Of a stretch of DNA of 64,000 nucleotides, positions 14,401 through 26,426 are shown one piece after another (within the stretch, counting starts at the first letter, position 1; every line of letters starts with the position of its first letter). The translations under genes were made by a program, and so were the position numbers. The DNA comes from Podospora anserina (taxonomy: Eukaryota). The stretch is taken from the NCBI GenBank assembly GCA_017654855.1, contig CM030335.1, positions 3,038,001 through 3,102,000 of the forward strand, read 5' to 3'. The notes beneath the pieces are model-generated. The model worked only from the letters and a program-made list of their open reading frames with translations. It did no database searches and was not told the DNA's origin.

Positions 14401-14580
14401 TGCTCTTCCAATCGGACAGGTGCAAAAATGCAGATCGGGCTGATTTTCTTTACCTCGAGAAGTTATCCAGGTAGTCGATATGCTCCCAGTTTGTACCACA
14501 TCACGATATACCTGTGCATGGTGCTTGTTATTAAAGATAATCAAGTGGCTATCTACCTAGCCCGCCCCGCGACTTCCATT
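11468..14580 (-). pseudogene. Disrupted gene for an N-terminal helical (HeLo-like/STAND N-terminal) plus ankyrin-repeat protein
   Basis: Ankyrin repeats (DSCGLTPFDTAV, GNTALHKAM, DDSGRTAALVAL, GNILHIAA), a CxxxCxCxCH motif, N-terminal ARGELAFLLNE/LETL and KWMWKKK. In-frame TAG at 14008-14010, a frameshift near 12515 and further breaks near 13100 and 11730-11762. The 5' end is uncertain. Confidence 0.75.
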
Positions 14581-14946
14581 CGACCTCCCCAGATCTCGAT
14601 CATAACAGCCCTTCAACCATAATCACGAGTCCAGTAGCCTGCAAACAAAATAGAATCAAGGACAGAGGCTACTAGGAACAGAGATAGGAAAAGCTAGGAC
14701 CAGAGGTAGAGAGGTTACGAATGCAGATTGGAAAGGCTAGGACTCTTAAGACTTGGAGAGCGAGGATCAAAAACAGGTAAAACTGAATTACAAGAGATGA
14801 CTTATAATCTCATCATAAACTCATCCATCACCACTTAGTCATTTCCCCCACAATTAAGCAAAGATTTCCATGTCCAGCAAATTATCACCCCATACCCTTC
14901 CCTGATAAGTCAATCCGCATCTCCTCATCCTCCTTTTCATCACCCT

Positions 14947-16844
14947 TCACTCCTGACAAATAATGCTCTTCATCTTCTCAATAGCATCCCACCCAACCTC
15001 TTCTATCCACAACACCTTCATAGACCAACCTCCGATTTCAGGATTGTTGATCTTATTCCGCCCACCAGCCTGAGACGCCCCCTTGGGCGCTTTAGAGATG
15101 CGGCAGATACACCGGCACAGCTTTCTCTCACGCTCGACCTCATTTTGTTGCGAGAATTGCGACGGAGGTGGTCCAGCCGAAAGGAAGATGCTACTCAGTT
15201 TATCAAGAACCCCGTCGGGCCTCCAATTCTCCAACACACCCCAGACATGGGGCTTCAAATCTTTCCACAGGTCCATGAACTGAAAGTGCTGCGTTCGAAA
15301 CGAGTTGTCATGTTTGATGACATTGAAGAGTGGAATCTGAGTGGCAGAGGGTCGGTTTCGGTATGAGTAGTTCACTCGCGCGTAGAGCTCATACACGACA
15401 TCTCGGTTTTGGGATGAATTCCGAACGTTCTCCGCGATGAGATGCCCGAGGCGGAAGCAAGTGCGTGAAACGGTGTTATTTGAGAGTCCGCACACGGGAG
15501 ATTTGTCCCGAAGTGTCGATGGGAAGGGCGGTCGATTGAATGGCCGAACCACAAGCTGGTGAGATGGAGCCAACTCAGGTTTCTGCGAATGAGTTGATAA
15601 AATTTCAGGTACTGGCTGAGATTTAGGCGGGTCAACGGAATGGGGCCTGGCTTGTGAGGCTAGTTGGTCCACGATCGGGCTCCAATCAATATCTGAGTCC
15701 ATGAGGTCCTCATCCTCTTCTGGCCCCTCTGCAGGCTTGCCGTGAAAAGACCTTTTAAGGTCCGGATCGTACGTCCCCACAGACGAGATACTGCTCATGT
15801 CTCGTAGCACGCTGGTCGGTGGTGATTGGCGTGATGGTCGGTCGATCGAGTCTGCCAACTTCACCAAATCCTCTTCATCGAGCGACGCCACCGAGTAGCT
15901 TTCGTCTTCGCCCTCAACTTTCGGCATGTTGGAAAAAGACATAAGATTGACAGCGACACCTCGAGGGTCAAACATGTTGCAATCTGCGTAGGGTGGTTCC
16001 TGGGTTTCCTGGTTGCGTGGGGGCCCGTTGTGGTTGGCAGGACCATCCTCCTGTTTGTTGCCATTCTCGCTATGTCCCCATGTTCGAGTTGAGTCTGGAA
16101 GAGAACACAAACTCATAGTGTGCCTTGCGCTAGGAAGCACACCATTGGCGTCTGTTTGGAGAGTTGTCCCAGGTGTTGCGGGATGACATTGTTCAAGGTA
16201 GGTCTCATCGATGAACTGGTCCAGCTTGGAGACCGTCGCTGCCAACGACCCGGGGTTTGCGGCATCCAAATCGTCTGTGGTCGAAAAGGACCACAAGTTG
16301 ACGGTGGATGAGGCATTGGCTAGCTCACTCGTCAGCTTAGACGTCGGATAATCGACGGCGACGGAGGCATTCTTTGGGTAATTCTGTGCAGACGAATGGG
16401 CAGGGCGATCAACATAGCTTAGCCGTGCTTTCTTCGCGGGCCGCCGGAGCCCGAGCTCTTCGTGATCATCTTGAGAGTCTTCGGACAGGTCGTAGGGGTC
16501 CTTCGATTCCGAACCCAACTCTTCTGGGCGAAAGAGGCCTCCGTTCTGGTGCGAGACCGAAGTCTGGGCATGTCTTGATTTCGGTAGCCTTTGCAATGTC
16601 AGTTAGTGGAGTTAAAGAAGCGTGGGAATGGTGGACACGACTCACGTTTTGGCGACCTTCCCAGCCAGCTGAGACTGCCGTTGCTCCATCGTCACCAGCC
16701 TCTGTCCCGGTGTGCACTGCTTTAAGAAAGTGCGAGTATTCTGTCGACGCAGGTTTGTGACAAAGGCCAAGAGAGCCGGCTGTGACAGACCTCAGAGAGA
16801 CCCGAAAAGTATTCCTCAAGAAAGTGAAATTTGGTCTCCGCCAT
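14947..16844 (-). CDS. Fungal hypothetical protein (disordered N-terminal half; folded-looking C-terminal domain PFxRPPFP...RTCFRLG...ELYARV...QHFQFxDL)
   Basis: 549-codon ORF plus upstream exon(s); an intron GTGAGT..CTAAC/CTGAC..AAG near 16645-16590 joins QLAGKVAKT to LPKSR. Start is either ATG 16689 or ATG 16844 via a weaker GTCTGT intron. Confidence 0.75.
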
Positions 16845-17472
16845 TCTCCCACACATTTTTTCTTCAGATTTGTGCGATTCGTGGGGTGGTCTTGCCTTTG
16901 CGTGTAAGTCATTCCTTCCTATCTTGTCCAACTCCCCCCTGGCAAGGCCCCTGAGACGACTAGACAGCTGGCTGACAGCTGCAGCCGCCTAACAGCTGAC
17001 TGTGCTTGGCAGGCGCAATCAGGAGCTGTTGAATGGCCCAAGCTTCGGCGCCATTGACGATGATCACCGAGGAGTTGCGGGGCAGTTGCCATGATGCGAG
17101 TTTCCCGGGAATGTGACACCTTTGCCTGCTGCAGCCACTTGAAACGGCTTTTTCGTCTGTTGATGGCCAACTTTCCACCGTGTCATATCCAATGTATTGT
17201 GAGCGTACAATATTCGCGTCAACCTCTTCTCCTCCAGGTGTTCTGAGCGTTGTGTGAGGGGGCTCAGCACTTCACTGCCCTCAAGCTACCCCGCCATCTC
17301 CAGTGTTATCTTATCGCGCAACAACCACAAGGTGCGCCCAAGCCGGCCTTGACAGGACGCTTGCCCGGAGCCTCATTATCGTCTCGCCGAACTTTGCTAT
17401 TTACGTCGCTTGAAGGGATTTTTCATCTTTTGCTTCTTTCTGAAGGCCATCTAATACCGCTTCTAAACCTCG

Positions 17473-17580
17473 GTTAGCATCTCGATGAGTTGACATCTCA
17501 GCAGGGTGTGTTCCGTCTCCCTGAGTGACGTGATGTGAAACAACTCGACATGTGAAAGCAATAGCTGACTGATGTGCTAG
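17473..17580 (+). other. Probable 5'-UTR intron of LSB5
   Basis: GTTAGC donor, GCTGAC branch site and CTAG acceptor 33 nt upstream of the LSB5 ATG. Confidence 0.4.
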
Positions 17581-17613
17581 TGATCCGGCACACATAAACT
17601 ACTCTCCACCATC

Positions 17614-18950
17614 ATGTTCTCCCAAAAGAAACCCTACACGGCCGTCACCGTCACCATCGAACATCTGACGAGTGAGGCGATACCGGAAAATGATCTCAGT
17701 GGAATCCCAGAACTCGTCGAAGTCATCAACCTCCAGGATTCAGGTCCTTCAGAAGCCGCACGCGCCATCAGAAAGAAGCTCAAGTACGGAAATCTCCACC
17801 GGCAACTCCGCGCCCTCACCCTACTGGACGGTCTCATTCAGAATGCCGGTCCCCGCTTCCAGCGAAGCTTTGCTGACGAGGCTCTGCTTGAGCGTTTGCG
17901 GTTTTGCGGCAAGGCTCAGCTGTCTGACCCGGAGGTGAGGAAGAAGTGTACAGAGCTCTTCCGCAGCTGGGCCGTCCAATACAAGGGCGTCCGCGGACTA
18001 GAACAGATTGCTACTCTTCACAACGAGCTTCCTAAGAGGAAGCAGGTAGTGACTCAGGAGAGGTCCAAGGTGATCAAGGAAACATCAAACCCCTTTGGGG
18101 ATGATGACGATGAACTCAGAAGCCCACCGGCGGCAGGTCCATCCCAGTCTGGACCTCGCCATGGCCTTGAAACAAGGACAGCCGGTACCGTTCAATCTTT
18201 TAGCCATACTTCCAAGGACGACAAGAAAAAGAAGGATAAGAAGGGCAAGAGACGCCAGCCGTTCAATCTCGAGGCTGAAAAGGAGCAGATGAAGGCCCAT
18301 ATCGCCGAAGCCTCCATTGCCTCGATCAATCTCACCAACACACTGCAGACCATCAACCGAGAAAAGGAGCGCATCTCGGAAAATCAGGCGGCGGTGCAGC
18401 GGTTTGAGGCTTGTAAGAGTCTTCGCAGGAAGATTCTGCGTTATGTGAGTCCACTGATACATCCAGTTTCGCCAGATTATTGTCTAACAGCAGTCTAGAT
18501 CCATTATGTGGAATCCGAGGAATGGCTCGGCAGCCTTCTATACGCAAACGACACGCTCGTCACGGCACTCATGACGTTTGAGCAGCTTGACCGCTCCATT
18601 GATGCGGACAGTGATTCTGACGATGAACTTGCCGAGCAAGCGCACCTGTACCGAAGTATGTACTTTTTCTCCATTGCAATGGTCTGATTCAAATGCTAAC
18701 CCATTCTTTAGTGGCGACAGAAAAGCAAAAAGGCAAAGAGCCAGGTTCGCCATCGAGGCCCAGATCTCCAGTTGCCGGTATGGCTAGTCTCAACATCACG
18801 TCTCCTGCTCGACCATCGGCTCCACCACGGCCATCTGCACCCAAACCGTCTATTCAACGCCGCGTTGAGCCGTCCGATGATGAAGACTCGGAGGAAGAGG
18901 AAGATGACAACCCGTTTGCTGACCGGAATGCCGTCCTTAAGGCGGAGTGA
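17614..18950 (+). CDS. LSB5: Lsb5/TOM1-like VHS-GAT endocytic ubiquitin adaptor
   Basis: VHS domain (GPSEAARAIRKKLKYGNLHRQLRALTLLD), GAT domain (LRRKILRY/IHYVESEEWLGSL across intron 18445-18498), a second intron GTATGT..GCTAAC..TAG near 18656-18711, and NPF motifs (SNPFG, DNPFAD). Confidence 0.92.
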
Positions 18951-21900
18951 GCATGAGGATTGGTGACGGGGAAGTCATGGCTGGTAGGGTTGTGTTGAGC
19001 GATCTTGGAAGACTTGTTTGAAGCGGATTACTATCATTTGGGTACTTTTATCTCAAGGGCAAACCTTTGGCAAGAAAGGTCGTCACCCCAGCTTCGTGAC
19101 ATATCCCTTCCTTGTTGGGTGACTGATCTTGGTGAAGAATGGACATTATGGCTTTAGCATTGCAGCCCCTGATTATGGTATTCCTGACTGTTGCGGAGTT
19201 ACTAATGCTCGCTTGATCTTGCGCCGATGTCGCTCCCTTTTGAGATTTGTTATGTAGGACAAAAGCTGATATACGGAAGATGGGCTACACAAAACAGGAC
19301 TTCCATCCAAGTATATACAAGTTATATATTTTAGCATGACACAGGCTTGCCTCCAGGGCTCGCTTTGCTTAGGTCGTTGTACTCTTTCGTAACTATTTCA
19401 CTGGTTTTGGAAGAATATCAGTGCAAATGACTACTACCATGAACCAACATCATGAGCCTCTACTGGTGTACATGATATCAACGTGGGGTGATACCCCCGT
19501 ACACAACCACGTTACGATGTGTACCTCGTGACGAATCTTTGGGTAAAATCTCATAAAGTAGTATTCGTGCCATGGGAAAACAGAAGCTATAAGGGGAGTC
19601 CAACAACAACAACAACCCCCCGCTTCTTGGCAGGAGAAGTTATTGAAAGGTGTTTTTGTGTGATGGTGATACTACGGGTGGGTATCTATCTGCTGTGGAT
19701 ACGCACTTGATGTCGTGTGCTTGTCATTTTGGAGGGATTGGGGACACGAAAATCTGGGAATGGTAGACCGGGAGGGGATATGGTGGATGTGTGACGATGG
19801 TTCTTTCGATGTTGAGAGAGGGGGAGAGTGTGTGTGATGGATCAGAATACCTATCTAGCTGGTGTTTGTCTCGAGGAGGAAACAGATGCCTGCCGGGGAG
19901 TGGTTGTGGAATGGGTAAACAAAAAGGGGGGATGGTGATGAGCTGTTTGTTCCACTGGAAAGGGGTAAACTAGTTTGTGATGGTCATGGGTGGGGGACAA
20001 GACTGTTGGAGAACAGGATGGGGAATAGATGATAGGAGTGAGTGACTTGATCTCCGTTGCTGCAGAGCAAAAGAAAAGTGCAGTATGCAGTGGAGACGTG
20101 GTAAAATGCACGACATTTGGGGGAGATGACTGCTTGCATTTGCTGTAGGGTCTGGGTGATGTCCACGTCAATGGGGGTCCAGACCTTGGGGTTTGAGTCT
20201 GAAGTCATGCCCTCGAGTTGAGAGCATCTCGACTCCCTTGGCGGGTTTGTCAGGTGAAACCGACAATGGGAACAAGCACTGGGGGTGAGACATTAGGGTC
20301 CAATCTGATAGGGAAGAAGGTGACTACCATTTTTTAGGGTGGTCATTGTCTTTTTTCCCACGATATGCGGGAACAAACAAGTTTGATGGTGGTGGTGGTG
20401 GTGGTGGTGAAGGTTGTTCATGTCATGCTGATGGGGTGCCACCCGGGTCCAAGGCTTTCGTAGTGGTACCTTTCCCGAAGTCACTGTTGGTGTTGCTGGA
20501 GTTTACTGATGGTGGGCAGGATAAAATGAGATAAATTCTATGGGAATTATTTTGCTTGAAGATAACGGTGAGGAGTTGTCAGGTGGTGGGAATACTGACG
20601 ATAGCTACCCCGCGCAAAACGGAAGCTTTCGATCTGTAACACCCCAAGCCACTCAGCCCAACAAGAGTGAGGCGGTGCTGGATGCTCAGCCATACTTTGG
20701 TTTCCTAGGGAAGTGATGGACGAGCTGAAATGGTCTGCAAGTGGCCAAAATTAGATAGCTGGACTTTGCCTTTGCCAGACATTATTGAAGACACCAAAGA
20801 TATCTCAGGACACCCATAGTTCAATGCCATCATTCTTCTTCAGAATACTCTCAGCAACCTCTTCATCATGTGTGTCGCCGTATATGCAACGACATGTAAG
20901 CACCTCGTTGTGGCTTCCGGCGCTGCTCCGATAGGTAGCAAGACCGGCCACGAGAAGCTCTTTGTCATCAACGGTGACGTTCCAAATCTTGATCGCAAAG
21001 TCACACATGAAAATTAACGGCAAATCAAATAATAGACTGGAAATAAATACTCGAATAAAATGATTTATCCCGCGGTCAACTCACAACTGACTTCTAGAAG
21101 CATATTGATAGGACGATTTAACCATCACATGGACGCGCTTCGCCGTCCCGTTTATCCCTCCTCCGTCCCGCCCTTCCCCAAGAGCTTGACGCCCCCCCGC
21201 ACCCGGCCCCAAAAGCTCTACTTTAGGGATAAGTTGGTGTGTGGCCGACAGCCCCTCGGGCCATGGTACCTTGAAAAAATGCTGGTCATCTGGTTGCCAA
21301 CTCATCAACTCTTTTACCAGGTGAGTCGCAGCCCCGTTCCCCATCCATCCATCCATCCATGATATCAAGCCATCCTATGGAAATGGAGTTCCAATTCCAT
21401 TCCGCCGGCTGCCATCCCGAATCCAGGCTGAAGTTACTGACCGTCTTTTCTTCCGAAAGCAGGGGATTTGACAAGCACCGACGAATGGAAATGCCAATGC
21501 TATCACTGTCAAATCATTGTGCCTCTTGTTTGACAACCACCGTCGTCATACATTCCCGCTCTCCCAAGTCACGACACCCTGCTCGCAGCAACCATTGCAT
21601 GCCTCACCTACACAAACTGGGTCACTCCAGCCGGGCAACAAACACGAGGAAGCAAGCAGCAAGCAGCCTTGCCCTTCATCCTATCCCTTATCTGCCGAAG
21701 CTGCCAAAACCCGCTCACAAAGTTGATATCTGACATGACTAGCGAACAACAGCGCTGCGAAAAGGAGGCGTCAAGTCAGTAGGGCTCTGGTACAGACACT
21801 GATAGGAACGCTTAAGACATGACATGACATGACGCTGTCCCGGCCGCGCGGTTGCGGTTGGGCGCCAAACCTGCCGCACTCTCACCCGTCCGCCATCATC

Positions 21901-24238
21901 ACCTTATCACCTGTCAGAAAGTTGAAGCGTCAATCGGGGGCTGTCGTCACGATCAGTTGGTGCTGGCCCGGACGGGGCTGGAACTTGGACACGCTGTCTA
22001 ACTGGCAGGTCACCACTCACGCCTCGGTGTAAAGATAGGTGGGCAAGGTAGGTCGGGCCAATATGGGAGATGGATGGCTTGACGTGGCAGTTGGACCACA
22101 TGTCTTGCTGTTTTATCTCTCACCAGGCATTTTCTTTCTTTTGGTACCTTTTGGAGCCATGCAACCGGCAGTGAGGTCGATGAGTCCGATTTGAGGCCTC
22201 AGATGCAGCTGCATGGCGTCTGCACGTTCAGCACTTGATGCTGCACTTGCCACCGCTGACAGACTTCGGGATTTTTCTTTTCTTCTTTGCGACGAGACGC
22301 TAGGGATTGTGATCTTCGATCATGTTGGTATCGTATGCAGAGGCTGAAGACGGATTCAGAAGAGGCCAATTGGTAGTTCCGCATTCAACCGCCATTCCAT
22401 TGCTGATCCTCTTGGCCAGCTGTCACCTGGGCATACGAATATGCGGTTGATTTGAGCTCTCTTTTCGGCAATTTCTTCTATTCTCTAATGTTTATCTCTT
22501 CCAACACAGCAAGGCTTAGGACTCTGATCACGTCGAGTTTTACAGATCGCAAGACAACCAGCCATTGAGCACCATGCCAACTAGTTCCGTTACGTGGTTG
22601 GGAGCCTTCATAATCTGCCATACTCGGCTATTATATGCTGGACTTTTGGAATATCGACTGGCCTGGGATTGATGACTGCTTGGCCATGCAGCTGGAACTC
22701 GGCAAAGCATGGCTGGCCATTGTTGGATTGATTTTCGAAGAAGTACCAAAGACATATCCAGGGACAAGGCCGGGATCTCTGAGTTACATTCCATCAGTGT
22801 CCAGTACATGCCTACTTGTCCCTGGGGCAGCACCTTTGGCTTCAAAGCTATTTGCTTCTGCAAGTGCGGCTGCCATGAAATGCATGCGACAGGTGAATGC
22901 ATTCTGGACGCAGGGAAATTGAACTTTGACTTCGTAAGCTTCCTTCCTCATACTGTAGGTGGAATAGCAATCGAGACTCCGATATCATACGTACCTAGTA
23001 AAGTGACCTGCTACATTGAAAAATAGAGAGATCAATGATACTTCTAGCATCTACTAGCAGCCATCGCGATTGTTGCCATAACTATTCAGGATACGACCTG
23101 TAACCAAAGTCCAGTACAAGATGTTGTTCTGGTAAGCTCAGTCGTCGGGGGTGGAATACCGGAAGCCATCCGACAAGCGAGACAGGAGGGCTCACCGAGC
23201 AATATAAGCTTGTCTTGAGTCTGCCCGATAGCTTTATATGCTGCCCATCCCATGTTGCTGCAAGTAATACAATTCGTTTTATATATCAACGCCAATTTCT
23301 CGGGTACCTAGATTACCTTGTCTCGTTCCACGTGGAAGTGCCGACGACTGAGACGATTTATCCGGAATATCCAGACCTCCATGCCTCCCGTTCATCCACG
23401 GTTTACACCTCTGTATACGGGAGCCGGGTTTGTCGCTCGGTTGAGGAATCTCTCCCGAAGCCAAGATGAGTTTGGTTTCTACCGGGCCGTCGCTGTGCTC
23501 ACATGGCTTGAGGTCAACCTTGACATACCGAAACATGGGGATAGGTACGCTTGTATGGACTTTGCACCATACCTCCTTGTTTAGTGTGCCTGCAAAGGCC
23601 CGAAACCGATTTTGGCTGTTGGTCCGCCAAGAAGACACCATCAAGAATACCTCCCAACAGTTGAAGAATAAACATTCATCCGCCAGACATTCCTTGTTAC
23701 ACTTAAAAAAGGGGCTCAGGGGGTCACCACTGGAGAAGTCGTGATGGTGTTGAGCTCACCGAGCCTCACCTTGTCTCAGATGAGCTTAGCGTGGAAGTCT
23801 CACCTCAGAGCCCCACATTCGGCAGCCCCACAGTTGACGTCGGGTGGTGCTGCAGCTTTCACGGAGAACTCCAGAAACAGCGAGCTCTTGGCCTTGAACA
23901 ATCGAAAGACATTCGGATATCTGAGTCACATGCCGAGAGCTTCACATCGCCGCATTAGCAATCGTTTCTGTATGATTCATTTTGAGTAAGAAGCTCGATT
24001 GCCACTCAAAAGGATAGAAGGCTTTTATTTATTAATTCTTTCTCGGGGTTACGCTTTCCAGTTTGGTCTCATTCAACAACAACTGGTCTTGGCGCTGTTG
24101 CCACTGCTCACTTAACGACCATCTTTCATTTTCACCACTGACGGTCAATACCTCATCAACAACGAACAAAACACCATTCTTTTATTTTGCTATTGTCAAA
24201 AACAAAATCTAGAGACGTCAGTTCAACAAGACGACATA

Positions 24239-26426
24239 ATGATACCCCACCACCCCAAACCCGGCACCAGCACAACCCACAGCACCCAAGCAGTAACCTC
24301 CCCCCCACGCCCCTCCCGCGTCGTCCCAAAACCCATCCCCCCTCAACAAACCCTCGACACCCGAACCTACCAAATCAACCAGCTCAAACGCCGCTACCCC
24401 TCCCACAAGGAAACCTCGTTGCCAGGCGGCACCGGCACCTCCCTCAACTTCAACCTCGTCCCGTCAGACCCCGACTTCCCCTTCGACCTCCCCCAGCTGG
24501 AATGCGACCTCCACATTCCTTCTAAATACCCCAAGTCACCCGCCAAATTACACGTCAAAAACTCTGATATCCCCCGAGGCTTCGCGATTAACATCGAAAA
24601 GGGATGGGACAAGCTGGTTGAGGAACGGAAGGGGGGAGGCGGGACGCTCTTGAGTCTGGTAAATGGGCTTGACAAGAGATTAGAGGGGTTGCTGAGCGAG
24701 GAGAAGGCCGAGACGGTGAAATTGACGATTTTTAAAGACACCAGACACCTGGATCGGCAGCGAGTGGAGGAGGAGGAGGAGGAGGAGTCAAAAACTGAAC
24801 CGGTTGTTGTGCCTCCTGTTAGGAGAGCTTATATCCCCTTGGAGACCTTCACACAAGCCCAGATTGCAGAGGCGAAAGTCCGGCGCGCGCAGGAAGTTAG
24901 ACAGCTCGAGGCAAGAATGGGGCGGTTACAGCTTTATCACCGGTCGAGTGATGGGATTATTTACACGCTGCCTCTTGATTCGAAGAAGAGGGCCGAGTTA
25001 CCGGGGGAGTTGAAGGGGGTCATGTCGGTGCAGCTGGTTGTGCCGTTGTTGTATCCGTTGCAGAATTTGAGGGTGTTGCTGAATGATGTTGAGGGAGGGA
25101 AGGAAGGGGAGGAGCTGGCGGAGGGGGTGGAGGAGTTGTTTAGTAGGAAGGCGGGGGAGTTGGTCAAGAAGGAGGGGAGTGAACAGGGGGAGAAGATGGG
25201 GTTGGTGGCGATGGTGAATTGGTTGGCGCAGAGGATTCATTTGTTGGTTAGGGAGGTGGTGAGGGAGAGGGAGAAGAGGAGGAAGGAGGGGGAGGAGGGG
25301 AGGGGGAAGGTGAAGGAGGTTGAGGTTAGGGAGGCGGAGCATGCTGCTAGTGTTGAGAGGGTTGGGCAGGTGGATAGGGGGCATTTGCATGTTATTCCCA
25401 GGCCGCCGGAGTGGGGGTTTGGGGATGATGGGACAGAATCTTCTAACTACGACTCTGAGGATGAGGATGATGAGGGTGGTGCTGAGCTTGGGAAGGATGG
25501 CGAGGAAATGGGGGGGCCGTCACTGCCTACTCGGACGATTGAGAAGGGGACAGCGATGTCATTCCCTTCGATTGAACTGCATGGGATTGAGCTGCTTCAG
25601 GTGTCGGTTCTGAGCCTCAATGTCAAGTGCGATCGTTGCAAGACGCTGAACGAAGTCACGGGGCTGAAGAATAACCTGGATAAGGCGAGCAGCTGCAAAA
25701 AGTGTGCCACTGCTTTTACTGTTAGGTATCGGCAAGAGCTGGTGCACATGAACTCCACAAGGGCGGGCTTCATTGATGCTACTGGGTGTACAGTTGCCGA
25801 TTTGTTACCAAGGTATGTCTTATTCTGCTTTCTAGTCTCTCGTGAGACATATTGATTGACACAATCACAGCACCTTTGTCCCAGCATGCGGCAAATGCTC
25901 CCACCCCTCTCTCGGCCTCGTCTCCGTCCGCGGCGAGACAACGACCAACATCTGCCGGGAATGCCACGCCCGCTTCGCCTTCAAGATTCCCGACGTCAAA
26001 TTCCTCGACTACGCCCCCGGCATGCACACTAGGCTACCGCCTACCTCTGGTCCTCGCCGCAAGACAGAAAAACTGGGTCTTCACGCTGGTGAACCTCTCC
26101 CGGAAAAGGGGTCCTGCCAGCACTACAAGAAGAGCTACAGATGGTTCCGGTTTTCGTGCTGTTCAAAGGTGTATCCGTGTGACAAGTGTCACGATGCGGC
26201 TGAGGAGCACATCAACGAGTGGGCGAACAGGATGATTTGCGGGTGGTGTTCACGGGAGCAGAATTACAGTGTGGAGAGTTGTGCGTTTTGCGGAAGGAGC
26301 GTGATTGGGAAGAGGGGCAGTGGGTATTGGGAGGGGGGGAAGGGGACGAGGGATAAGAGGTTGATGAGGAGGGGGGATAAGAGAAAGTATAGACGGGTGG
26401 GAGGGGGGGAGACGAGGAAGGATTGA
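24239..26426 (+). CDS. CHY zinc-finger protein with an N-terminal RWD/UBC-like region
   Basis: PSDPDFPFDL...YP motif; CxxC pairs; intron 25813-25870 (GTATGT..TTGAC..CAG); C-terminal CHY finger CQHYKKSYRWFRFSCCSKVYPCDKCHD...MICGWC...CAFC. Confidence 0.9.

Noticed and set aside
14655-14745. Short purine-rich CTAGGA direct repeats
   Set aside because: Too short and irregular to call a repeat array or element.
20805-21023. Short ORF with WD40-like DFAIKIWNV
   Set aside because: Single isolated motif with no further repeats or gene structure.
22540-23950. Protein-like fragments on both strands, possibly a degraded gene
   Set aside because: No consistent frame, splice model or family motif could be established by eye.
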